Positions 29,292 through 39,198 of a DNA stretch of 64,000 nt are shown in pieces. Source of the DNA: Polyangiales bacterium (GTDB taxonomy: Bacteria; Myxococcota_A; Polyangia; Polyangiales; Houyiibacteriaceae). Position 1 is the stretch's first letter, and each line of letters opens with the position of its first letter. Under the pieces are notes generated by a model. That model ran no database searches, was not told the DNA's origin, and saw only the letters and a list, made by a program, of their open reading frames with translations. The position numbers were made by a program, and so were the translations under genes. The stretch spans positions 192,001 to 256,000 of the forward strand of contig JBGCFM010000039.1 of assembly GCA_045106895.1 (NCBI GenBank). Direction: 5' to 3'.

Positions 29292-29747
29292 CTACGCGTC
29301 TTCCAACGCGCGGGTAAGTACCTCGTCGAGATCCGAGACGATCTGAGGGGGTAGCACCTGCGCCAAGAGATGAGCGCCACCATCGATGCTTCGAAAGTCG
29401 AGGTCCGCGACGTGCGCGCGCAGAGCCTGTGCAGCGCGATGCAGAAGGTAGAGGTCGTCGAGGTGACCAACGAGCGCGCGACCCGCGCGCGCCGGAACAG
29501 CGTCGTCTTCAAGGAGCAGATAACGCAGCACGGAGTTGAAGAGGGTCCTCGCCGCGGGCGGCGCGTCGCCGTGGTAGAGCGCGCCATCGAGAGCCAAGAG
29601 CAGCCCTGGCATCGCCTCGAGCGCGTGTTGCAGATGAACCGCCGTGTCGACGTCGAGACCGCGGCTTGTGACGAACGCTTCAAGCTCGCCTCGGTGCTCG
29701 TCGAGGAGGGCGCGAACGCCCCGGTCCAGTAGTTTGTGCAGCGCCAT
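29292..29747 (-). CDS. DUF1232/YkvA-like protein
   Basis: LRYLLLEDDAVP...VGHLDDLYL. Confidence 0.7.
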   Translation of the reverse strand: MALHKLLDRGVRALLDEHRGELEAFVTSRGLDVDTAVHLQHALEAMPGLLLALDGALYHGDAPPAARTLFNSVLRYLLLEDDAVPARAGRALVGHLDDLYLLHRAAQALRAHVADLDFRSIDGGAHLLAQVLPPQIVSDLDEVLTRALEDA

Positions 29748-29749
29748 CG

Positions 29750-30811
29750 TCAGTCGCCGAAGATACGCTCAAGGGCCTGAAGTCCAAGCTCCATGGCCAG
29801 CTCCTCTGCGTCCTCGATGTGCCGGGCGGCCCCTCCTCGACGCATGGCCAGAAGCAGAGGCTCAAGCCGCGCGCGTGCGCCCCCATCGCTCTTGGGCGCG
29901 GCGGAACTCGGCGCAGCCGCGCGATAAGACGGCGCACTCCGCGGCGCTTCCACGACCGGCTCCGGCGGAGGCGCGGGGAAGCCGCTCACGGTCCGTGGTT
30001 TTACGGGTGCGGGCTTTGGCTCCGGTGGCGCGACGGATTCAAACACCGACTCTTCCGGTTCTGCTTCCGGCGGCGGCGCGATGGGCGGCGGCGCGAGAGG
30101 CGGCGGAAAGCCGCTCGGAGAAAACTCGGGCCGGGGCCGAAGCATGTCTGCTTTCGTCGCCTCCACGGGGAGTGGCGCAGCGGACGGCACCTCGAACTTG
30201 GCGGGAATGGAAATCTGAGGTCGGGTCGGTGCGGGGACCGAGGGCGCGCGGAGTGTTGGGGTCTTCGGACGCGGAGGCGCGGACGGCGCTGCCCGCGAAC
30301 GCATGGGAGGCGGTGGACGCCACGAGGGCGTGCTCTGGGCCGCCGAGATCTTCGGCGGAGTTCCCGATGGAGCCATCGAAGGCGAAGGTGAAGGCACACG
30401 TGCCGGCGCGGCTTTGGGCGCGGCTTTGGGCGCGGGTGGCGCAGCCTGCTGCGACTTGCGCAAAGCCTCGAGGGCAGCGATGTCGACTTCGCCCGTGCGC
30501 TCGCCCGTCATGAACGACTCCGCCGCGAGATGAACTCGCTCGAACATCACTTCATTCATCACATCGAACTGCAACGTTCCGAGACGAACGCGGTGACCGG
30601 CACCCGATGATGCGCAAGCCTCGCACCGTCCCATGCCTTCGAGGAATACATCGCCGGTGTTCAAGCGCAGCTCGAAGGCCGCCCACTCTCCGATCGGGAC
30701 AGCGCTATTTGAAAGCACCTCAATGGACTCCCCGCTCACGCGAGTGGCGAGAAGATCCGCCGCTGACGACTTGGAATCCGCTTCGATCGTCTCTTCAACC
30801 CGGTACCCCAT
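29750..30811 (-). CDS. PilZ-like N-terminal domain plus Pro-rich linker protein
   Basis: PIGEWAAFELRL..G.VFLEGMGR...LQFD; Pro/Ala-rich middle; start chosen from -10 spacing. Confidence 0.65.
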   Translation of the reverse strand: MGYRVEETIEADSKSSAADLLATRVSGESIEVLSNSAVPIGEWAAFELRLNTGDVFLEGMGRCEACASSGAGHRVRLGTLQFDVMNEVMFERVHLAAESFMTGERTGEVDIAALEALRKSQQAAPPAPKAAPKAAPARVPSPSPSMAPSGTPPKISAAQSTPSWRPPPPMRSRAAPSAPPRPKTPTLRAPSVPAPTRPQISIPAKFEVPSAAPLPVEATKADMLRPRPEFSPSGFPPPLAPPPIAPPPEAEPEESVFESVAPPEPKPAPVKPRTVSGFPAPPPEPVVEAPRSAPSYRAAAPSSAAPKSDGGARARLEPLLLAMRRGGAARHIEDAEELAMELGLQALERIFGD

Positions 30812-30905
30812 GGCCATAGACTATCCGAAGTAGCCAAGATTGGGGATTCCTTCGACTCTTGAAGCGGTCGCCGATTTTCGGGCAACCTGATAGGGTCGGC
30901 TCGCT

Positions 30906-31901
30906 ATGAGCGACTACGGATACCCATCGGCTCCGGCCGGCAATCCAATGGGTCAAATGCCCATGAATCAGCCGCCACCGGTGTACCCAAAGCTGGACGT
31001 CGGGGACGTCCTGCAGACCACCGCCGGGCTCGTAGGCAAGAACTTTGTCTCTTTCTCCGCCGTCGCGGTCCTCTTCGCGGTGCCCGGGCTCATTCTCAAC
31101 GGGATCATCGCGAAGATTGTGATGGGTTCCATGGTTGCGATGCAGCAGGCCGCCATGAGCGGCGACTTCCGCGCGATGCTCGACGCGTTCCCGATGAACA
31201 GCGTGATCTTCAGCATGGTGGGGGGCTTCCTCAACGCAGTCCTGGTCTACATGGGCATGGGAACCCTCATGTACGCGGCCGTCGAATCCCTGGCTGGGCG
31301 ACAGCGCTCCGTCGGCGAGGTGCTCTCCCGCGGCATGAGCTCGGGCCCGAGCGTCGCCATCGTCGCCGTGGTGCTGATGGTCGCTCAGACCGTGTCCGTC
31401 CTTCCCGGCGGTATCGCCATGACTCTAGCCACCATCGGCGCCGCAGCTGGCGGCTTCGAAGCGATGCTCTGCTGTCTCTTGCCCACGGGCCTGCTGATGG
31501 TGTTGATCCCATTCGTCTACGTGGTCATCGTGCTTTTCTTAGCCATTCCCAGCGCGGTCCTCGAAGGCATCGGACCCATCGCGGCGCTGAGCCGCAGCGT
31601 TCAGCTCACGAAGGGACACCGCGGCACCATCTTCTTGATCATCTTTCTGATGGGCCTAGTGATGATTTTCCTCGCCTTCGTGCTCGGGCTGCTCGGCGGC
31701 GGCTCAAACCAGATCGACCCGACAACGATGCAGTTTCAAGAGCCGACGATGTTTAGCTACATCATGAACCTCTTCACTCAGTTCATCATGACGATGTTCC
31801 GAATCGTCGTCACCGGCGCGCTCGCGTCGGTCATCTACGCTCGCATCCGCGGACTCAAAGACGGCGTCGACGCGAACGCCATCGCGCAGGTCTTCAGCTA
31901 G
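30906..31901 (+). CDS. integral membrane protein (first gene of the MoxR operon)
   Basis: About six TM helices; EGIGPIAALSRS..LTKG motif. Confidence 0.8.
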   Translation: MSDYGYPSAPAGNPMGQMPMNQPPPVYPKLDVGDVLQTTAGLVGKNFVSFSAVAVLFAVPGLILNGIIAKIVMGSMVAMQQAAMSGDFRAMLDAFPMNSVIFSMVGGFLNAVLVYMGMGTLMYAAVESLAGRQRSVGEVLSRGMSSGPSVAIVAVVLMVAQTVSVLPGGIAMTLATIGAAAGGFEAMLCCLLPTGLLMVLIPFVYVVIVLFLAIPSAVLEGIGPIAALSRSVQLTKGHRGTIFLIIFLMGLVMIFLAFVLGLLGGGSNQIDPTTMQFQEPTMFSYIMNLFTQFIMTMFRIVVTGALASVIYARIRGLKDGVDANAIAQVFS

Positions 31902-31906
31902 GCGCG

Positions 31907-32797
31907 ATGTTCCTTCGCCCGATGTTCGCCCGCTCCTGGCGCGCGCTTCTCTTTGCAGGCGCTCTGTTCGCGGCTGTGGTGGTGGTCCTTTCCTCATCAA
32001 CGGGCCGGGCACAGAGTCATCGCTCTCCCTCAGAGGCCGCCGCCGAAGTTCGGGAGCGCGGCGGCTACGGTGAGGACGTCCAGCATGTACGCCCCGGCGG
32101 CGGCGGCCCCGTTCCTTTTCCCTCCGGGGGCGGAAGCGGCGAGACGGACGAAAACCGGCGCAACGGCGAGCGAGGCGACTCGGACATTCAGCGCTACGAG
32201 CGCGGACAAGATTTCCAGAACGTCGATGTCCCCGATGAATCCGGCGGCCTCGACCTTTCGCTTCCCAGCGCGTTTGGCCAGGGCCTCGGTTACCTGATGA
32301 TGGTCATCGCTGGTCTCGGGCTCTTGGCCCTCATCGTTGTCCTCGTGATGACGTTCTGGCCCAAAGGTGCGCGCCTCGACCCCGCGCCCCCCAACGCCAA
32401 ACCTGTGTCCCACGCCGCCGTCATCGAAGCGCTGCCTTGGAACCCGGGCGACCCAAATGAACTCGCCCGATCCGGGCGCTACGCCGAAGCCATCGTGGCT
32501 CTCCTTGTTCAAGCGCTCAAAGCGTCGGGGTGGCGCGAACAAGAACGAGCACGAACCGCACGGGAAGTCCTTCTCGCCCTCGCCACTCACGACTCCCGGC
32601 GAGACCCCTTGTCCCACGTCGTGGGGCGCGCGGAGCACGTGCGTTTTGCCGGCGTCGAAGCCACGCGCGAGCTCTACGAAGAAGTTCGCGTGCTCGTCGA
32701 CGAGGTGCTGCGCGCGCCCGTCAACGGGGCACGGGCCGAAGGCACGCAGGCCCAGAGCGCTCAGCTCGAAGCTCCCACACACATGGACGCGTCATGA
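31907..32797 (+). CDS. DUF4129 domain membrane protein
   Basis: TM, then ARSGRYAEAI...RTARE...EHVRFAG. Confidence 0.75.
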   Translation: MFLRPMFARSWRALLFAGALFAAVVVVLSSSTGRAQSHRSPSEAAAEVRERGGYGEDVQHVRPGGGGPVPFPSGGGSGETDENRRNGERGDSDIQRYERGQDFQNVDVPDESGGLDLSLPSAFGQGLGYLMMVIAGLGLLALIVVLVMTFWPKGARLDPAPPNAKPVSHAAVIEALPWNPGDPNELARSGRYAEAIVALLVQALKASGWREQERARTAREVLLALATHDSRRDPLSHVVGRAEHVRFAGVEATRELYEEVRVLVDEVLRAPVNGARAEGTQAQSAQLEAPTHMDAS

Positions 32798-34083
32798 GAG
32801 GCAGTACGCGCGGAACGATTCTCACGACGGGCCGGCGGCGCATCGTCATCGCCTTAGCGATTCTGTCCGCCGTGGCGACGGTCGTCTCCATGCTCTATGG
32901 CGCGAAACTCCGTGGCATGACGCCTACGGCTATCGACTCTTACGGAGCCGGGCCTTTGGGCCACCGGCTCTTCGCCGAGACGCTCATCGAGCTCGACTAC
33001 TTTGTCGCGCAGAACCGCGGAGCGAACTTTACGGGCACACCGAACCCGCTGTGGCTCCTCGAACCCAAAGTCCAGGGGCGCGCCGGCGGCTTTGACCAAG
33101 AACTGGAACCCGTGCTCGTCGAGCGCAGCGCCGCTGGCCTGCCCACTGTCGTCGTTCTGCCCAAGTGGCTCCTCTTCCCCGCGGAGGACAACGTCCCAAC
33201 GATCGGTCGGGACAGCGTGGGCCCGGGCCTGATTCGCGACGCGGCCCTCCCCGGCGCTCAGCTCAACCTGGTGATAGGCGACTCGACACGCGAGCTCACT
33301 GGCGTCCTCGGCACCTTCAGAGTCGAGCTCCCTAACCTTCAGGTCTTCACCTCCGTTGGAAACTACGACGAGGTGCTCCTCGACGCTGCCGAAGGGGCCG
33401 TCGTCGTCCGCTCTGCGTCGGGCCTCATCGTCGTGTCCGATCCCGACATCTTTCACAACTACAACTTCCATCGCGCACAGCACGCGGACTTGGCCGTCGC
33501 AATCCTTGAGCGCGGCTTCGCCGTCGCCAGCGACACTGTGGTCTTGGACGAGGTCTTTCACGGCCACGGCGCGCAGTTCTCGCTCGGCGAGGCGATGGGC
33601 GAGTTCCCGGCTGTGCTCCTCGTCGTGCACTTGATCCTTGTGATGCTCATCCTCTTCTCGATGGGAACGCGCCGCTTCGGACCTGCGCTGAACACGGAAC
33701 CCATCGGCCACGGGCCCACCGAAGCCATCGAGGTGAGCGCTTCCGTTCTCGCCGACGGCCAAGGCGCAGGTTCCATCGTTTTCCAGTACGTCCACGAAGT
33801 ACTCAGCCACGCACACTCGCAGCTGGGCCTTCCTCCAAAGCCGACGCTCGACGCAATCGCCGCAGACCTCGATGAGTCGCTGGTTCGCCGTGGAGGCACC
33901 GCCGCCGCCTCCCAGCTCTTCGCCCGCGCCGGTGCGCTCCGCTACGAAAAAAAGAGCAGCGCCGAACTCTGGCGTATCGCCGCCAAAGTCCACTCCTTTC
34001 GCGACGAGCTCCTCGCTCGACGCCGCGGACAGAAGCGCAATGACGCCTCGCCTACTCCCAACACCCCGGAACAAGCCGCATGA
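32794..34083 (+). CDS. DUF4350 domain protein
   Basis: N-terminal TM, DSYGAGPLG, VVSDPDIFHN, LDEVFHG, RRFGP; ATGA overlap. Confidence 0.75.
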   Translation: MRGSTRGTILTTGRRRIVIALAILSAVATVVSMLYGAKLRGMTPTAIDSYGAGPLGHRLFAETLIELDYFVAQNRGANFTGTPNPLWLLEPKVQGRAGGFDQELEPVLVERSAAGLPTVVVLPKWLLFPAEDNVPTIGRDSVGPGLIRDAALPGAQLNLVIGDSTRELTGVLGTFRVELPNLQVFTSVGNYDEVLLDAAEGAVVVRSASGLIVVSDPDIFHNYNFHRAQHADLAVAILERGFAVASDTVVLDEVFHGHGAQFSLGEAMGEFPAVLLVVHLILVMLILFSMGTRRFGPALNTEPIGHGPTEAIEVSASVLADGQGAGSIVFQYVHEVLSHAHSQLGLPPKPTLDAIAADLDESLVRRGGTAAASQLFARAGALRYEKKSSAELWRIAAKVHSFRDELLARRRGQKRNDASPTPNTPEQAA

Positions 34084-35036
34084 CCCCCGAACACGTTGCC
34101 CAAACACTCCAGACCCTCACCGCACGGATCGGTGGCGCCGTCTTTGGCTCCGAGACCAACGTTCGTTACGCCTTCATCGCGTTTCTCGTCAAAGGTCACC
34201 TTCTTCTGGAGGGGGTCCCCGGCACGGGAAAGACCTTCCTGGCGCGCGCTTTCTCCCACTGCCTGGGCCTCGACATGCGACGCGTTCAGTGCACGCCTGA
34301 CTTGATGCCCGGAGATGTCGTCGGCGCGAATATCTTCGACTTCAAGACCCAGTCCTTCACCCTCATCCAAGGGCCGGTCTTCTGCGAGTTTCTTCTCGTC
34401 GACGAGGTCAACCGAACGCCGCCAAAGACGCAGAGCGCGCTCCTCGAAGCGATGCAGGAACGGAGCGTCACCATCGACGGCAAGACCCACCCGCTCTCGG
34501 AGCGCTTCATGGTCATCGCCACGCAGAACCCCGTCGAGCACGAAGGAACGTACCCTCTTCCGGAAGCACAGCTCGACCGCTTTCTCTTCAAGCTCGATGT
34601 GGGCTACCCCAACGAGGAACAGGAAGTCGGCGCGGTCCTCGCTCACTGTTCGAGCTCCGGAACACCGGACATGGACGCCATCGGCCTTGAGCGCCTCCTC
34701 AGCGGAGACGACATCGACACGCTCCGCGCCGTCCCCGCGCAGGTCCATGTCGACCCAGCCATCGCGCGCTACGCCGTTCATCTCGCCCGCGCCACGCGAC
34801 AGCACCCTTCCCTCGCCGTTGGCCTTTCCCCCCGAGCCGCAACGATGCTCACCGCCGCCGCGCGCGCCAACGCCGCTTGTGAGGCGCGAAACTACGTCGT
34901 CCCCGACGATATCAAGGCGCTCTTCGTCGCCTGCGGACGCCATCGCGTGATGGTGACGCCGGCGGCGGAGATGGACGACGTCAACGTCGACGAAGTTCTC
35001 CACCAAGTCGTGGCGCAGGTCCCCACTCCTCGCTGA
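34080..35036 (+). CDS. moxR: MoxR family AAA+ ATPase
   Basis: HLLLEGVPGTGKT, QCTPDLMPGD, DEVNRTPPKTQSALLEAMQE, YPLPEAQLDRF. Confidence 0.95.
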   Translation: MTPEHVAQTLQTLTARIGGAVFGSETNVRYAFIAFLVKGHLLLEGVPGTGKTFLARAFSHCLGLDMRRVQCTPDLMPGDVVGANIFDFKTQSFTLIQGPVFCEFLLVDEVNRTPPKTQSALLEAMQERSVTIDGKTHPLSERFMVIATQNPVEHEGTYPLPEAQLDRFLFKLDVGYPNEEQEVGAVLAHCSSSGTPDMDAIGLERLLSGDDIDTLRAVPAQVHVDPAIARYAVHLARATRQHPSLAVGLSPRAATMLTAAARANAACEARNYVVPDDIKALFVACGRHRVMVTPAAEMDDVNVDEVLHQVVAQVPTPR

Positions 35037-35044
35037 TCGCGTTC

Positions 35045-36352
35045 ATGGCTCCATCCCCCCGACTACTGCTCCTCGCGCTCGCTGGAATCGCTCTCTCGGC
35101 GCTTCCGCTTTTCGTGCAGCCCAGCCTCTGGGTCGTACCGGCGTTGATGTGGGGTGTGCTCGGCGGCGCGATGGCCTTCGATGCCTGGATCCTCTGGCGC
35201 GCAGCGCCGGTGGTCCGCGCGACGCCGCCGGCGGCCCTCGGCGTCGGCGACTCCTTTGAGATCCCCGTGGAGCTCGAGCTCGCCGCCGCTCCCGCCGCCC
35301 TCCGCACCACGCTACGCTCCGAAGTCGAATCACCTCTCACGAGCGCGGGGGACACCAACCTCAAAGCCGGTGCGGGAAAAACGCCCCACATCATTCGCGT
35401 CGATGCGCCCCGCCGTGGCAAAGGAGAGCTGAGTGCCGTGTGGTCTCGCGTCGACGGGCCCCTCGGCACGATGCGCCGCATCGAACGTCATGAGCTCGCG
35501 CTGCCCATCAGCGTCATCCCCAACGCCGAGCGCGTGCGAGAGCTCGCCGTCGCGCACTTCGGTTCGCAGCCGACGGGCGGGGCGCACATTCAGAAACGAA
35601 CCGGCGATGGCGGCGAGCTAGATTATCTCGAGGCGTATCAGCCAGGCATGGACCTCCGAAAGGTCGATTGGAAGTCCACGGCCCGTCACCAGAACCTTCA
35701 GATTCGCCGCTTTCGTTCGGAACAGAACCAGCGGATTATCCTCTGCGCAGACACCGGTCGCTTGATGGCCGATCCCATCGACGGCGTACAGCGACTCGAC
35801 CACGCCATCCACTCCATGCTTCTGCTGGCCTCCGTCGCCCTCAAGGGCGGCGACCTCGTCGGCGTTCACGGCTACGACGCCCAGGTCCGCGGCTGGGCTC
35901 CCCCGGGTGGTGGGCCACGACAGCTGGCGCGTGTTCGAAAGACCCTCGCCAGCCTACGTGCCGCACCGGAAGAGACCAACCACGTCATCGGCGTCCACCA
36001 CCTCTTGGGTCACCTCAAACGCCGCTCTCTCATCGTGGTGTTCACGGAGTTCACGGACTCCACCACCGCCGAGCTAATGATCGACCACCTCGCTCACCTG
36101 GCGCGCCGACACTTGGTGGTCTTCGTCGCGTTGGATGACCCCGCCATCGAGACCCCGATGCTTGTCGCACCGAAAACCGCGAGCGACCTGACGAGAACCA
36201 TCGTCGCCGGCGAACTGAGGCAAAACCGGGAGCGTGTTCTCCGGCGTCTCCGTCGCTCCGGAGTCGACGTGATCTCGGGTCCTCCGGGCCCCGCCGCCCT
36301 TCGCCTCCTCGAGCGCTACGTTCGCATCAAACGTCGAGGGCTCATCGGATGA
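35045..36352 (+). CDS. DUF58 (vWA-like) protein
   Basis: YQPGMDLRKVDWKSTAR, DTGRLM, RRSLIVVFTE. Confidence 0.9.
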   Translation: MAPSPRLLLLALAGIALSALPLFVQPSLWVVPALMWGVLGGAMAFDAWILWRAAPVVRATPPAALGVGDSFEIPVELELAAAPAALRTTLRSEVESPLTSAGDTNLKAGAGKTPHIIRVDAPRRGKGELSAVWSRVDGPLGTMRRIERHELALPISVIPNAERVRELAVAHFGSQPTGGAHIQKRTGDGGELDYLEAYQPGMDLRKVDWKSTARHQNLQIRRFRSEQNQRIILCADTGRLMADPIDGVQRLDHAIHSMLLLASVALKGGDLVGVHGYDAQVRGWAPPGGGPRQLARVRKTLASLRAAPEETNHVIGVHHLLGHLKRRSLIVVFTEFTDSTTAELMIDHLAHLARRHLVVFVALDDPAIETPMLVAPKTASDLTRTIVAGELRQNRERVLRRLRRSGVDVISGPPGPAALRLLERYVRIKRRGLIG

Positions 36353-37380
36353 GCGTAGGCCCAAGCACCAAGAAGAGCGGAACGCCACGCTCCGTCACGT
36401 TTCGCGCGGAACGTGAAGCGACCTGGAAAGAGCTCGACGGCCTCGTCGAACGTGCGCTCAAAGGCGGACTCAAGACCCTTCGGGAAGATGAGCTCCGTCG
36501 GCTTCCGGTGCTCTATCGTTCGACGCTCTCGGCGTTGAGCGTGGCGCGCAAGACCGCCCTCGACCGCGCCCTCGTGGAATACCTCGAAGCCCTCGCCGCT
36601 CGTGCCTATCTCGCGGTCTACGGATCGAGGCGCTCCACGCGCGGCGCTCTTCGAAAACTCTTCTTGGAGACCTTTCCCCAGATGGTCCGCGCCCTCGCCG
36701 GTGAGATGGCGCTGGCGACGGCCATCACCGCCCTTGGCGTCGCCGTCTCCATGGCGCTCATGCACTCCGATGCAGGCTGGTACGACGCCTTTGTCGACCC
36801 AAGTCTGGCTGGTGGCCGAGACCCTCAGGCCTCGACGGAGTTTTTGCGCAACGCCCTCTACAACGGCGGCGACCAGGACGGCCTCAGCGTCTTCGCCACC
36901 TTCCTCTTCACGCACAACGCACGCATCGGCCTCATGGCCTTCGCCCTGGGTTTCGCGGCGGGCATCCCCACAGCGCTCCTCCTCTTCAGCAACGGCCTGA
37001 TGCTCGGAGCCTTCCTCTCGCTCTACGCCTCCCGAGGACTTCTTGTTCCGCTCTTGGGCTGGCTCTTGCCTCATGGTGTTCCAGAGATCGGCGCCATCAT
37101 CCTCTGCGGTGGCGCGGGACTTCATCTGGGACGCAAGATGATCTGGCCGGGGCAAAGAACCGTGCGAACCGCCCTCGAACAAGGAGGGCGGAGGACGGCG
37201 CCGATCATCCTCGGCTCCGTTGTGCTCTTCGCCATCGCGGGCGTCATTGAGGGCGTCTTTCGACAGGTCATCACCAACGACATGGTTCGCTTCGCCCTCT
37301 TCGCCATCAACGCCACCTGGTTCTTCGGCTGGCTCCTTCTGGGCGGCCGCAAACGCCGCGCGAAATCGAGCGCATCATGA
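36349..37380 (+). CDS. stage II sporulation protein M (SpoIIM) family membrane protein
   Basis: FRAEREATWKEL, LFTHNARIG, LLPHGVPEI, AGVIEG. Confidence 0.9.
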   Translation: MSVGPSTKKSGTPRSVTFRAEREATWKELDGLVERALKGGLKTLREDELRRLPVLYRSTLSALSVARKTALDRALVEYLEALAARAYLAVYGSRRSTRGALRKLFLETFPQMVRALAGEMALATAITALGVAVSMALMHSDAGWYDAFVDPSLAGGRDPQASTEFLRNALYNGGDQDGLSVFATFLFTHNARIGLMAFALGFAAGIPTALLLFSNGLMLGAFLSLYASRGLLVPLLGWLLPHGVPEIGAIILCGGAGLHLGRKMIWPGQRTVRTALEQGGRRTAPIILGSVVLFAIAGVIEGVFRQVITNDMVRFALFAINATWFFGWLLLGGRKRRAKSSAS

Positions 37381-38237
37381 GTGAGCGCGACCAAATCGAA
37401 GTCATCGGCCCCGAAGGCGTTCCACTTCGCTTCCCCGCCGCGCTTGTGGCGGAGCGCGCATTCGCCTTCTGCGTCGACATGGCGCTCGTGATGCTCGCCC
37501 TCTTCTTCGTCACCCTCGTATCGGTCTACACCATGGGCTTCACGGGGATGAGCGAGCCAATTATTCTGCTCTTCGTCGGCGTCTTCTTCCTTCGATACGG
37601 CTACTTCACGTTCTTCGAGATCTACTGGCAAGGCTCGACGCCCGGCAAACGCCTCCTCAACATCAAAGTCATCAGCCGAGACGGCGGTGGCCTGAGCACG
37701 GACGCCGTGGTTGCGCGGAACCTCATGCGTGACGTGGAACTCTTCATCCCCCTCGTCGCACTCTTCGCGCCTCAAGCCGTGTTCGGCGAGCTTCCTTGGT
37801 GGCTCGGCGTGTCCATGAGCGCCTGGCTTGTGCTCATGCTCGCGCTGCCGTTCTTTGGACGGGAGCGCGCGCGCGTCGGTGATCTCGTCGGCGGCACGCT
37901 CGTGATTCGCGTTCCGAGAGCGCGGCTCATCGCAGACGCCGCGCGACACTCATTGGCGCCCGCAGAGTCGCTACACTTCAACGAAGCCCAGCTAAAGATC
38001 TACGGCGAAGCCGAGCTTGAGACTCTCGCGAAGTTGCTGCGCGATTTCGACGACGGCGTAGTGACGCTCCACGACCTCGCCGTCGTCGCCCAAACCATCG
38101 CACGCAAGATTCAGTTCGCCAGCATGCCCGCGGACCCTGCGAGCTTCCTCCGCGGGTTCTACAAAGCGCAGCGCGTGGCCTTGGAGAAACGGCTCCTCTT
38201 TGGGAAACGCAAAGCGTCAAAGTTCGACGCGGAGTAA
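37377..38237 (+). CDS. RDD family protein
   Basis: PEGVPL, ERAFAFCVD, GSTPGKR, RNLMR, RVGDLVGGT. Confidence 0.9.
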   Translation: MSERDQIEVIGPEGVPLRFPAALVAERAFAFCVDMALVMLALFFVTLVSVYTMGFTGMSEPIILLFVGVFFLRYGYFTFFEIYWQGSTPGKRLLNIKVISRDGGGLSTDAVVARNLMRDVELFIPLVALFAPQAVFGELPWWLGVSMSAWLVLMLALPFFGRERARVGDLVGGTLVIRVPRARLIADAARHSLAPAESLHFNEAQLKIYGEAELETLAKLLRDFDDGVVTLHDLAVVAQTIARKIQFASMPADPASFLRGFYKAQRVALEKRLLFGKRKASKFDAE

Positions 38238-38261
38238 CCGGTCGCTTAGTCGCTCAGTGGG

Positions 38262-38801
38262 TCAATCGCTAAGGGCGGCTCGAAGACCACGAAGCGTTTC
38301 TGGAACATCGGCGATTGTCCGGTTCAGCATGAGCCGACCTTCGACGACGCCGTCCGCGGGATGCGCCCGTAGCCATTGTTCTAACGAGGGCGGTAGCGCG
38401 TCTAAATGCGCCGCTGGCCCGCGATAAAACCACCCCTCGGGGAGCGCGGGATGCGTCGACCTGACGTACGACGTGCCATCCAGCCCACCACGACGCAGTT
38501 CATTCGGGTGCACGGCGCTGATGAGGCCGGTCCATAGCTTCACCGCTATCGTCGCTGTCGTGGCGTTCGAGACCCAAATCCGCGTGTCACGTCCATGAGG
38601 ACGACCGGAGAGTTCCCAGTGGCCGCTGCGAAGAGGGCCCCCGCTCACACCTAAATGCATCTCGAGCGCTACGCTCAACGCCTCGGCGGTATCGCGAAGG
38701 TCCTCGCGCCTCGCCTTCTTGTCCGACTGATGAGAGCGATGCAGCACCAGGAGCGCGGCGAGGCCGGCCACCGGAAGTGCTGCGAAGAGCACGGGGATCA
38801 C
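38262..38801 (-). CDS. hypothetical membrane-anchored protein
   Basis: GTG overlaps the yggX stop (GTGA); N-terminal TM MIPVLFAALPVAGLAALLVL. Confidence 0.6.
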   Translation of the reverse strand: MIPVLFAALPVAGLAALLVLHRSHQSDKKARREDLRDTAEALSVALEMHLGVSGGPLRSGHWELSGRPHGRDTRIWVSNATTATIAVKLWTGLISAVHPNELRRGGLDGTSYVRSTHPALPEGWFYRGPAAHLDALPPSLEQWLRAHPADGVVEGRLMLNRTIADVPETLRGLRAALSD

Positions 38802-39127
38802 TCGCTGGACGTGTCCGCGGCTTCGGTCTTGTCTGCATCCTCTTCTGGAGGTGTCCACGCCGTGGGCTGCATTTCGCCTTCTTCGAGGCCAAGCCAAATC
38901 CGAAGTTGCTTGATCAAAAACTCGGTGCCTTCGCGCGTTCCAAGATCGATGCGATACGTGTTGATCAACCGAACGCTCTCCTCGAGCCACAGGTCCCAGG
39001 CCTCCTTGGAGACCTTGTCAGCGATTTCGGTGCCAAACTCCGTTGGAAATGGCGCCTTGGCGAGGGCAGGAAGTTCCTTGTCGAGCTTGATGCAGTGAAC
39101 AACGCGGTCGGGATGAGCTTCTGGCAT
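38798..39127 (-). CDS. yggX: Fe(II)-trafficking / oxidative damage protection protein
   Basis: VHCIKL...PFPTEFG..I...VSKEAW..W.....LIN. Confidence 0.88.
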   Translation of the reverse strand: MPEAHPDRVVHCIKLDKELPALAKAPFPTEFGTEIADKVSKEAWDLWLEESVRLINTYRIDLGTREGTEFLIKQLRIWLGLEEGEMQPTAWTPPEEDADKTEAADTSSE

Positions 39128-39198
39128 GGCGAGGGTATGGCGCCATCGCGGGGCTTGTGCCAGCCCCGAATGTCGGAGCTCAAGAGGAAGGGAGCGTT

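Noticed and set aside
36349..37380. SpoIIM as evidence of endospore formation
   Set aside because: This family member belongs to the widespread MoxR/RDD operon of non-sporulating bacteria.
39147..39168. TGGCAC-containing sigma54-like motif upstream of yggX
   Set aside because: Poor -12 box (CCGC); it coincides with a CGGGGCT/AGCCCCG hairpin better explained as a terminator-like stem.
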